Positions 38,734-49,179 of a DNA stretch of 64,000 nucleotides are shown here, piece after piece. The position numbers were made by a program, and so were the translations under genes. Every line of letters begins with the position of its first letter. Positions within the stretch are counted from its first letter, which is position 1. Source of the DNA: Laetmonice hystrix (Eukaryota); assembly GCA_965235115.1 (NCBI GenBank), contig OZ249443.1, positions 18,910,001-18,974,000 of the forward strand, written 5' to 3'. The notes beneath the pieces are model-generated. The model did no database searches, was not told the origin of the DNA, and saw only the letters and a list, made by a program, of their open reading frames with translations.

Positions 38734-39843
38734 GTGTCAGGTGAAAACGTCCCTAAGTGAAAACGTCCCCAAGGTGAAACGTCCCCATTGGCATGATTAG
38801 GCCTATGTATTGTTCCTATATATCATAGACGTTATAATTTGTGAATTGTTTGTTACATGCTAGTGTGATACCTTGTTACAGGCCTTATAAAGTTATATTA
38901 GATTGAGAGAATGCTCAACATCATGTCCACCCCTCGCAAAATCCGCCCGGTCGTGTCCGCCCCACCCTGCCGCCCGTGTTCCCGGCATATCTAAGCCCTC
39001 CTCTCGAATACCAGTCAAATCGTCACACGGCCGAACCGTCACACGGTGAAAGTCAAACCGTCACAGTCAGATCGTCACAGGCGGGCGAGTCCCCGGTGGT
39101 CAGACCGTCACATCATCACTGCCATCCTGTGGCTATAGCGCTAGTTATCCTGGCTACATTGGCCGTTTTAGCCGCGAATATTATGAACTGTCTACCATCG
39201 CCCCCCGGTATCATGTCACTTGAGCCCGCCGCGAAATGAGCCCGTCATTTAACTTCTAAGCCCCTTGGAGGGCCGCCGAGCCTGCCCGGGGTGAGGGAGG
39301 GAGCGGTGGCCGGTCACTCGCCCGCTCGCTAACTCGCTCAAGCTGCCGCGGGACCGCCGGCCGCTCGCTAGCTGCCGCCCCCCGGCCCCGCCTCAGCCGA
39401 CGCAGCAGCCCGGCCGGGTAGGGGGTAGGCCTATGTCAGCCCTCGGCCTCGGTTGCTGCCCTGCCTGTGTGACGGTTTGACTGGCGTACGCGGCAGCGAC
39501 CACACGGCCGGCCCCGGGGGCCGGGTCTTGTCCGGGCTCTGGACCCAGGAAGCAAAGTCAAACCGTCACATCTGCTCAAAACGAAACGGTCAAACCGTCA
39601 CAGGTGACGGTTTGGCCGTGTGACGGTTTGACTGGTTCCCCTCCTCTCCCTTCCCTACCTCCTCGCGGAACACATTTCATGACAACGGCCTTTGAAAGTA
39701 CAAAGTACGGCCCAAAGTAAAATCATTCTTTTCCAACCAGTGGATCAGCGGGAGCATGCCGAGGGGCAGACATATGACCGGTGGTGGTTGGGGACGTTTT
39801 CACTTAGGGACGTCCTTGCATGGGGACGTTTTCACTGGCATTC
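38734..39843. mobile_element. MULE/Rehavkus-like foldback element, outer layer of a nest
   Basis: Three GTGAAAACGTCCC-type motifs at each end in inverted orientation; right terminus reverse complement GAATGCCAGTG; 9-bp TSD ctcgcctgg/ctagcctgg (1 mismatch). Confidence 0.72.
39006..39638. mobile_element. MULE-like element nested in 38734-39843
   Basis: TIR GAATACCAGTCAAATCGTCACACGGCCGAACCGTCAC vs GAACCAGTCAAACCGTCACACGGCCAAACCGTCAC; perfect 10-bp TSD ccctcctctc (38996-39005, 39639-39648). Confidence 0.85.
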
Positions 39844-40011
39844 CTAGCCTGGCACTGAGCCTGGCCGCGATTTTTCCCCCCAAACGACATAGCATTCTGA
39901 TTGACTCAAGGCTTCTGATTGGCTCGACCCCTGTTTGACCAAATTTACCAATACCAACTCAGACAGACAAAAACGAGAATAAGTAATAGATTTATTTAAC
40001 CTTACCCTAAC

Positions 40012-41313
40012 CATAGATGTGTAGGAGATGGATCGCCGACTGTGACGTCATCCCTACTGTTCCAAGGCTGAGAGGTCGGGTATGCCGCAGCGCCACCACC
40101 GGTTGGCATAGAAAAATACCCAGACAGTGTAAAAAGCTTAGGTTTTTGTACCTCAGTTGGTTCAAAATACGCTAGCGGTGTTAATAATGGAGCAATCTTG
40201 ATAGAATTTATTGCAAATGAAACAAGAAATATATAGGGTTTGGACAGTATAGAATATATTTAATATTATCCAGAAATTTTTTTTGTACTACTGTTTGAAT
40301 ATTGTCAAAAAAGCAACAAAAGTCTTAAAACTTGTGCCCTTTCCACCTACAAGTGCTTGTCACGCAAAATTTGTCGCAACGACCCATGCAAATAAGTACA
40401 CAGAGTTATTCCATAGATCATAACGTTTCCAAAGGTGCATTCCTTTTAACGATATTCCTCAGAGTTATACTTGTAGCGAGCGTTGTTTGTACAATGATCT
40501 CAACCAAAGAACCTGTGTTCAGTGTGTCAACATAGGCTACGCCGGCGGTAGGACTGTTCAGATCCTCCAACTTCTAAGCTCCGTTAGATTAGACCTCTAC
40601 CGACCCCAGACAGTTTTTCGAAATAATCCCATACTATAATAACCACCCTTTCTAGTTTCTAAACATGCAGTTTTGAAAGCATCTTTCAATAAAACGAGAT
40701 AGATCTAGGCGGCAAAAGTGTATAGGATCTAGACCGTACCATCTAGCGTGCCATACTGTCAATCTGCCGACCTCGACGACGACAGTGCTTGAAATGTCAG
40801 TGATTAAGAAAAGAAGGGCCTTGCTAAACAATTCTAAGTCTGTGATATTGTTTGGTTCAATATTGTATCCCCCTATATCACGTTTAGACGTCCTTCCTGG
40901 TGTATTTTAGCAGTTAGAGGTGTTTGAACCGCCGAAACGAAGCACCATCCGCCATTATTTTTAGCCCCACTATGATTGTAACCCATTGTGATGTAGCGCT
41001 ATTGTGCATCGTTCCTGACGTCGCTGATTGGGTCTCTCGATTTTAATTCTAATTAATGGATTTTTAAAATATCTAAGAGTTTGCTAGGGCACCTAAATTT
41101 TTTCCAAGCCTTTGCTACATTCTGCTTCACAGCTTACGCTTTATTCAGAATCAAAATACTTAATTTAGCAACCATAGTCATGGGTTGAATACAGACACCC
41201 TATCTGCAGCAATGTTAATGTCTGTGTTCTATGCCAACCGGTGGGGGCGCTGCGAAAATGGGAGTTCTAGCATGTGACGTCAGAGTCGGCGATCCATCTC
41301 CTACACATCTATG
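40012..41313. mobile_element. Non-autonomous P-superfamily-like element, 1302 bp
   Basis: Perfect 30-bp TIR CATAGATGTGTAGGAGATGGATCGCCGACT plus subterminal similarity; 7-bp TSD ccctaac (40005-40011, 41314-41320). CANRG termini with 7-8 bp TSD are typical of P elements. Confidence 0.75.
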
Positions 41314-41517
41314 CCCTAACCTAACCTAGCCCTAATTCCAGACAGTTTTAAATTTGATCCCTTTCTCATTCTTATATAGGCTAATGTTGTAATATTGCTT
41401 AAACCGTACTTAGTAATTGTTTGAAATGTGTACTGTAGCTTGCAATTTATGCACAATGAAGGTGTCATAAATCAATCATCTCTTATTTTCAGATCAGCGG
41501 ATAGATACAAATGTACG

Positions 41518-42387
41518 ATGGCAGTTTCTTCAGTATGGCATCCTCCAGATGGCTCATTTGTCAAAGCTGTACGGAAGCTAGGAGAAGGCCTCTACACGCC
41601 GACAGAGGGATCCACATGTACTGTGACCATAGCGTGTACCAAGGAGTCACTCTGGAACATGAATTCAGGCTACCCGATTGGAGAAGAGACATCAATAGTG
41701 ATTGGTGAAGGTGACACTGAGGTTAGCGAGATCATCGACAAGTGTCTGATGAGTATGAGAGAAGGGGAATCATGTGGAGTCATGTTTGCAGTGTCAGAAG
41801 GTCATGTTGTCAAGGGCAAGGATGCAGAAAGTGCAGTGTATGTTACATTAGAGATCTACCTGAAGGACTTCACCAGAGAGCCTACATGGGATGCTGATGT
41901 GGAGGAAAGACTAAAAAAAGCTGGCCACCACAAGGACAAGGGTACAGAACTATTCAGAGCAAATCGAAAAGAGGCTGCATTTCAGCGATACAGTCGTGCA
42001 GCCAAGTACCTTATCAGTGCAGGTCCACAAAAGGGCATGCCAGACAATCTTGTGGACACTTACAGGAATCTCACAATTCAAGTATGCCTTAATCTGGCGG
42101 CCTGTCAAATGCAGTGTGAGAATTACAGTAGTGTCATAACCAACTGCTCCCGAGCATTAGAGATGGACAAAGGGAATATCAAAGGGTTGTACAGGAGAGG
42201 AGTAGCCTATTCACGTCTGAAGGAGTGGGAACAAGCACAGGCAGACCTGAACGAGGTGCTGTCAAGAGAGCCTGGAAATCGGGCTGCTATCAGGGAAATG
42301 GTGACAGTTGAGGAGAAATTGAGGGAAGAGAGAGAAAAGGAGAAAGTTGGCCAGTTAGCCATGGGCATGCAGCAAATGTTTAGATAA
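41518..42387 (+). CDS. FKBPL: FKBP-like TPR co-chaperone (degenerate FKBP domain + 3 TPRs), single coding exon, 289 aa
   Basis: Acceptor TTTTCAG at 41492, then Kozak-context ATG at 41518. Peptides IIDKCLMSMREGE, GTELFRA, LNLAACQ, KGLYRRGVA, PGNRAA and C-terminal QLAMGMQQMFR resemble recalled human FKBPL (IEKCLESMCQGE, GTELFRAG, ANLAACQ, KALYRRGVA, PKNRAA, GLAQGLRKMFG) more than FKBP4/5. Confidence 0.8.
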   Translation: MAVSSVWHPPDGSFVKAVRKLGEGLYTPTEGSTCTVTIACTKESLWNMNSGYPIGEETSIVIGEGDTEVSEIIDKCLMSMREGESCGVMFAVSEGHVVKGKDAESAVYVTLEIYLKDFTREPTWDADVEERLKKAGHHKDKGTELFRANRKEAAFQRYSRAAKYLISAGPQKGMPDNLVDTYRNLTIQVCLNLAACQMQCENYSSVITNCSRALEMDKGNIKGLYRRGVAYSRLKEWEQAQADLNEVLSREPGNRAAIREMVTVEEKLREEREKEKVGQLAMGMQQMFR

Positions 42388-43710
42388 CCATTAATATGTC
42401 AGGTTTTTAAACAGTAAGCTTTTTCCACTTGATATGAGATTACTTTGAGTGAGCAGTATTATTTATAAATGTGAGAGAGAGATGATTTGGATTACAGGGC
42501 AGCTGTAATCGTGTAATCGCTGATCATCATGATTTTTCTATAGTGGAAGGCAGTTCCTTTGCAATGATCTGGATCACTTTTTTAAGAGTCTGACTCAGTG
42601 GCAGTGGCCTTTTTTTTTAAAAAAAGATAAATTGCATTTTTCCTATTTGGCATACCAAATAACACATAAACCTAAGCATCATGTATTGTATAGTAGGAAG
42701 TCTTCCTTTATGCAACCAACACTAGCTCCCAATGATAGGTCAATGCAAGAGCAATGGGCTGGCTGCATGCCAGGTCTGTGGGTGGAGTTTTATGTTGCCA
42801 TAGGGCTACATGTGTACAGTTACTGTTATCTGATGGGCATTTCTGACATGTAACCTTTCTCATCACTGAAACTAAGATGACCTATGGACGTATCCAGATG
42901 TAGTGAATGCCAATCACAGTTTTCATGAAATTTGCAATGCAAAAGGCATTACTTAGCCCAAAAAGTAGGTTAAATTTTCTGTTGTGGTATGTAGTTCAGG
43001 TACAAGAATAGATCTATGCAAATAATCGTAATATTTATGTGGTCTATCTAAAAACCAGCTTATTTCTCTTAGACTTGTATATATATGTTATATAGGCACG
43101 TATATACGCAAAACAAGTGAAGTAGGAAGGCGGTAGTGCATTGATCATCAGGGGGGCATTTCACAACCATCGTTATCCTGTCATGCATTAAAATCCCCAT
43201 TAAAAATACATTGGTGTTAACGATACGACAAGCTAATGACAGGTTGTGAAACGCACCCCAGAGTGGCAGTTTATACCAGTAATCGTCAACCATCGCAGAG
43301 GCTAATTGTAAAATAAAAAACTAGTATAAGGCAATGATGTGTTGTTTCTAATATTGTTTTCTCCCGTTGTAAGTACCATACATAACAGGTCACTGAGTTC
43401 CTTTTTGATTTCCCTAACTTAGCAAGAATAATAGACAACTCAAAACTACAAAGAATCCGTTAACTTAGCTTTATTAAAGAAAAGCAGAAAATTCACTGCT
43501 ACCTGTATAAGAGGTAAAGTGGGTATTTCAATGCTTGTCAAACAAGGTCTAGAATAATTTTTCACTTTTGTTTAAATCCACACTGCAGTCCTGCACTTTC
43601 ATTCCTTGTTATGCAAGCTCAGTTCCCCCGAAGGCAGCAACACAGTTGCCACTGGTTACAGGCACTCTGCGTTGCTATACCATTACCAAAATGAAATTGT
43701 AAAGGTGCCA

Positions 43711-46315
43711 TCATTTGTGTGAGGATGAATAATATTCCTCCTCCAGTTCATAAAGGTCAGCAGCCATTTCGTCCCTGAGAGCATGCAGCTTGGTATCACA
43801 GTCACTTTGTATCTGATGGAATGCTTGTCTGTTCTGGGTGATGGCCTCATTTACTGAGGTAAAGTCATTCAAGATAAGAAACTGCTTTATCTCAGACACA
43901 AGCTTCATGAGAGATTCTCCTGCACGTACCTGCAGAATAAGAAAAATAGTGACATAAAGTACAGTAAGCCTCATCAAGGTGCTCGTATATAATCACAGTG
44001 GACTGGGTTACGCTTTAAGAGTTATTTGTGAATGGTTTCCTAAGATGGGCCCCAAAACAGGGGTTGAACCTTGTACCACCTTACCATATATAACGTACAA
44101 AAAAAAAACTACATTTTTGTAAAGACTAGCTGATCGTCATACTTACTATATTAGCTGAGCGGACCTGCATTTCATAATGATCCTGTTCTGCTTGTGCTGT
44201 CCGTGCCACTTGAGACTCTTCTTCAACCTGTAAACAATGTTAATTATAATCAAGGTAATACAGGATATTAGAGGAACTGACAGGTGTGCACATGTAACAG
44301 TGGCAGATTCTGACGGACAGGTTTGGGGGAGATGCAACCCCCTGGTTGACAACAAATTCTTCTTTTTTTTTGTTATACCTCTCCCTGAGTTGACCCTGCT
44401 CACCTCCCCAGGGATGAAAGTGGCCAGCTGTAAAATTTCCTGAAATTCTGACTGGGGGGGAGCGGCGGGGGCCAATGTCCATAATTAATATTTGTTCATG
44501 CGCACATCCAAGGCTTAACCCCCCCCCCCCCCCTTAAAAAAAAGTCAGGCTAGGAACAGCAGACAATCATGATCCGATAAGGCCTCCTAGCTATTATATA
44601 TTATAGGGCCTAGCCCTCAGTATTTAGTCGCCACCCCCCCCCCCAACCCCCCCCCCAACCCCCCACCCCTGCAAATTTGCCGGATAGACTCCATCACTTA
44701 TCAGTCCATGCCCCTGTTCAAGGCTTGCCTGTCACTCACTGTCAACCTCTGCCTGGCTCTGCCGTCTCTCTCCAACATTGGAATCCAGTCGGCTTTTAGC
44801 GTCCAAAATGCACCCGATTACGTTGTCAAACAGCTTCCATGTGTTAGACTGACCACACAGGCTGTCCATCAGTCTTGACCCTCACCAGTCACGACCCTCA
44901 GCGGCTCTCAGCCAAGCAACACAGTCGCTGAGTCGAGTGGTTCAGCCCGTGTGTCCATGTGCCACTCATGTTGACAATATTGTCACTTCCGGTCTTATCA
45001 GGACACCTGCACTGATCGACAAATGTAATGAAAAGTCCTGACAACCCCAAAACTTCAGTGAAAACCACTTACGTAATGCCATTATCCTCAAATTTATATG
45101 CAAGAAAACATTATGAGAACTTACTGACATATATACTAGGCAGATTCATAGAACTAAATTGACCCAGTTTCCTGTGAGGAGTGACATTGTGATGGTGCGT
45201 AGTTCGTCAGCCTAATCACTATCACCGGGACTAGACAGACCGGTCTGTCTATAGTCTCGTTGCTATCACTAAGTGAGCGCTCAGGCAAAACTCGCGCATG
45301 GATATGGCATAATGGCAAGCCTGAATCAACGGGCTTCGCAGCTGCCTGACCATCAGTTTTGCCTGAAGTCATTACCTGAGGTGAGTCGCTCTCACCACAG
45401 CGACACGGGGCCGTGCCTGCCAGACGGGACAGACGCCACCGCGTGCCGGTAGAAGTCAGCCCACGCGGGCCGGTCTCTGTGAGCGATGTGACCACAGCTA
45501 CAGGGACCACGGGCGGTACACCAGCTGAGCACCCCCGGCAGACCGGCCTATGCGCGGTGGCACCCGTGACACTGGACGGGTTTGAGACACTCTAATATCC
45601 CCATCTATAAAAGAACTTTGACAGGTAAAGATATATTGAGCTGCATGGTGTTAAAAAACGTCCTGGAAGGGGATATTGTTTCATTTGATATTAACAAATA
45701 AAATTGCCCACCACACAGTCCAGGGCAATACTTAGCCTTGGCCTATAGATCTAGGCCTATTTTCTTTTTTGGGTGTTATTTCTTGGGGGGGGGGGGATTT
45801 TTTCAAATTTCCTGATTTCAGGAAATTTCCTGAAAACTTTCATCCCTGCCTCCCCCTGTAAGTAAGATTGCCCTCATTTAACCCCCTGCCTAAATGATAA
45901 CCTCAAAGGCAGGCCTCAGAGCTGGAACCATCCATGGTTCACAAACCCATCACTGCTTCATTTAAACTTTATTCCTGAATGAAAAGAGGTAATCTACTTA
46001 AGTGTTAAATTGCCAAAATGTCCATTGCCATTAGATGAAAATAAATTAATATTACATAATAGGTTTCTATCTGATTCTCGATACCTCCCCTCATTTTAAT
46101 AACTAACAGTAAACTTAGTATTTTTTATTTGGCTCCAATACTGCATTCATTGTTTGCATTTTTTGATATTTTTAATATTCAAAATTACTTACCCTGGCTG
46201 ACTTTATAATCTCCATGTAGTTGTCAACCATGGCCCTGATATCATCCTTTAGTCGTTTTTGGTAAGACTTGAGCAGAGCATCTTTACTCTGTGGCAGTGT
46301 GCGACTTTGAGACAT
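43711..46315 (-). CDS. MED22: Mediator subunit 22 (SURF5), 140 aa
   Basis: Exons 46193-46315 ([26 protein letters not shown]...), 44147-44227 (...[14 protein letters not shown]), 43711-43929 ([23 protein letters not shown]...[15 protein letters not shown]); all phase 0. Confidence 0.97.
44409..45848. mobile_element. hAT-like non-autonomous element with 6-bp TSD, 1440 bp
   Basis: TIR CAGGGATGAAAG at both ends; flanks cctccc on both sides. Confidence 0.75.
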
Positions 46316-46650
46316 ATCTTCTGTGGACTGCACTAAAGAAGAAAGGGAGAATTACCTGAATTTTAATTATCATCTTTGATACTGAAAGTTAGGTTTGTTA
46401 TCACTATAACTTTATAAATATCACTATAAAATACCATATATACAATACAATTATTCCAGCATTTGATTTTAAATTGTTCATTCCATTCTGCAACTTAGCA
46501 TTAGCTCGGGCTTTGAAAAGGTTCACGGCTAATACCAACAATAATGGGATAATACCAACAATATTATTATTTACTATTGGACATACATGTATTATACGTT
46601 TATAGATCAGTAGATTGTACCGGTACTGACAGCTCTCTTACTGCCTGGTG

Positions 46651-47825
46651 CAGGGTGACCACAAAAATTTCAATTTCAAATGTGTTTTTCCTGGCACGCG
46701 ATGAATTTTCCCTGTGATCCGATGTGGCTGCCATTCAGTGTTTTTATCAAATGGCAGCCGTTTTGACTAAGATTGCCCTCATCAGCAGCAATTTGCAGGT
46801 GGGATTTTTCCTCCGAAGGCATTAAAAGTATTCTGACTCAGGAGCTCTTCAAATAAACCTCAATATTCAACAAATTGCAATGCTGCCTTCTCACTGACTT
46901 TTTTCTTTTGCCTAATTTTTACCCTTGGCTGTCAAAAAATGTTCCCTGTGTTTTAAGGATTTTTCCAAATTCCCTGTGTTATCCCTGCAGGGAATTTTTT
47001 TTTTATCATTTTCCCTGTTTTCCCTGTGCTGTGGTCAGGTTGACGGTCGATGTGTACCGCTGCCTCTGTGCACCGTAGTCGATGTGTACCCCTCCGCAGT
47101 CGTTGTGTACCACTTCCCTGGTCGTTGTGTACCGCTTCCCTGGTCAATGTGTACCCTTCCCTGGTCGATGTGTACCAGTAGACCAATACAATAATATCTA
47201 ATGATCAGCTCTAATATTGTGTGGCATCTCTCAGCAGGGGGTGGGGTAAGGCCTGCATGGCTAATATACATGTATAGAACGCGCAATTTTTAGACTTGTA
47301 AGGTCGGATACCGACTAGATGTATGAGCTTGTATGACAGCTCGCTAGCTCCGCCTGGCCCGGCCCGCTCACCTGCTCGCCTGCCCGGCCGCTCACTCACC
47401 CGGCCGCTCGCCCGCCCGGCCTCTCACTCACCCGGCCTCTCGCCCGCGCCCGCCCGCCCGGCCTCCCACTCACGCGGTCGCACGCCCGCGCAACAACTCT
47501 AGGTCAGCGGAGGGAGCAGAGAAGCGCGCTAATCATTGACCAGATTATGATAGCCTGCTTTATGATTTTCATTTTAACATAATATTAGGCTAAATCTTTC
47601 TGGGGACCATGTTATGTACGGTAATGATGTCTATGCATTTTGACCAGTACACTCCGACCAGGGGAGGGGAGGGGTACACATCGACCGGGGAGGGGTACAC
47701 ATCAACCAGGGAAGTGGTACACAACGACCAGGAAAAGGGGTACACATCGACCGGTGAAGCGGTACACATCGACCGGTACACAGTGACAGTGGTACACATC
47801 GACTAGTATTCCTGTGGTCACCCTG
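46651..47825. mobile_element. hAT-like MITE with 6-bp TSD, interrupted by a MULE-like element
   Basis: 13-bp TIR CAGGGTGACCACA; flanks ctggtg on both sides; ~390 bp once the nested insert is removed. Confidence 0.8.
47038..47811. mobile_element. MULE/Rehavkus-like foldback element, 774 bp
   Basis: About 7 GTCGATGTGTACC-type motifs at each end in inverted orientation; right terminus reverse complement GAATACTAGTCG; perfect 9-bp TSD ctgtggtca (47029-47037, 47812-47820). Confidence 0.88.
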
Positions 47826-48239
47826 CTGGTGCCTGCCGAGTCTGGCCCTGCCCCCGGGGCCGGGGAGGTCCGAGGCGGCGAGGGGTAACAAGTCAGTGGA
47901 ACAGGCGATAATAGAGGAAAACACAGTTTATGATGACCCAAATAGCCTTTCTTGAAACGAACATCTCTTTCCTACGAGATATCCATGATGTACATTTGTT
48001 GAAGTATGTGAAAAATGTAATTTTTCGATAATTTCTACCTGATTTCCTCGTCGGTGATTCGTTTCCCACGACTTTTAGTACGTTACTTGTTCCTTCGTCC
48101 CATCATCGTCGGGGTACACATGTTCATGACGTCATCAAAATTTGCGTTGACGTTTTAGCGGACGACTTGCCTAAACAAAACCGTTGCCCCACGCTAAAAT
48201 ACTTGCAGTCTCACCTAAATCGGCGCGAGTACTTCAAAG

Positions 48240-49179
48240 ATGTCTCAACAAGGTGCTGCATTACAAAACTACAACAACGAACTCGTCAAGTGTAAGTATA
48301 ACAATCACAGAATAACGTCAGTATACCTGATCCAAAGTTAATAGAGGTCTACAGACGAAGTTGTTGAAGTGGTTCATGTGACGTGTTGTTCAATCAATCA
48401 ATGAATGTAGATGTTGTTGGCAATCATGTCGTCAATGATTATAGTTCAATTTCTGCCGTCTTTACTGAATCCTTTCCTCATCATGCTTATTCAGTCATTG
48501 ACTGAGTGGACTGCAGTTGAGCCATGGATCCTTGCTTTACTTTGGTTGAATGTTGGGTAGCCTGCACAGGCAAAGTTCATTGATTATAATTAAATTAATA
48601 TATTATTTGGTGTTCCAGGTATTGAGGATCTGTGCTCTAAACGAGATGATCTTCATAAATCAATTTTGGAGGAGGAAGAAGAGAAACACAAGATTCAGAG
48701 TGACATCAGAATCCTGACGGAGCGCCTCGCCAAAATTAACGAGAGTCTGAGCAGAAAGATGGCATCTCGAAATGAGTTTGATCGCACAATAGCAGAAACA
48801 GAGGCGGCCTATATGAAGGTAAATTTATGTAATAATTACTAGACTAATAGGAACCGGTTTGTACAGTGATCATCACCACGTTTTTTTGTTTTTTTTTAAA
48901 CATGATTTTGGTCACAGAGAGCATTTAACTGATAAATAAAGATTGTACGTAGTTCTTGTGTACAAGTAATTTTGTTACTTGGGGTAACACATAAATTACA
49001 TGCATATTTCTTCTCATTTTTTTCATCTCATGAAATTATTGTTTTCTTTTCCCCAGATCCTAGCCAGTTCACAAGCACTGCTGACAGTTTTAAAGAAAGA
49101 AACACAGCCTGCAGGACCGAAGTCTTCACCACAGTCCTCAATGTCCAACATGCCACGCACACAGCAGATGTCACAGTAA
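48240..49179 (+). CDS. SSNA1: SSNA1 / NA14 / DIP13 microtubule-binding coiled-coil protein, 124 aa
   Basis: Exons 48240-48291, 48619-48818, 49057-49179. Peptides [43 protein letters not shown]. Confidence 0.98.

Noticed and set aside
44060-44085. tRNA/SINE from a B-box-like GGTTCAACCCC on -
   Set aside because: No A box at proper spacing and no cloverleaf.
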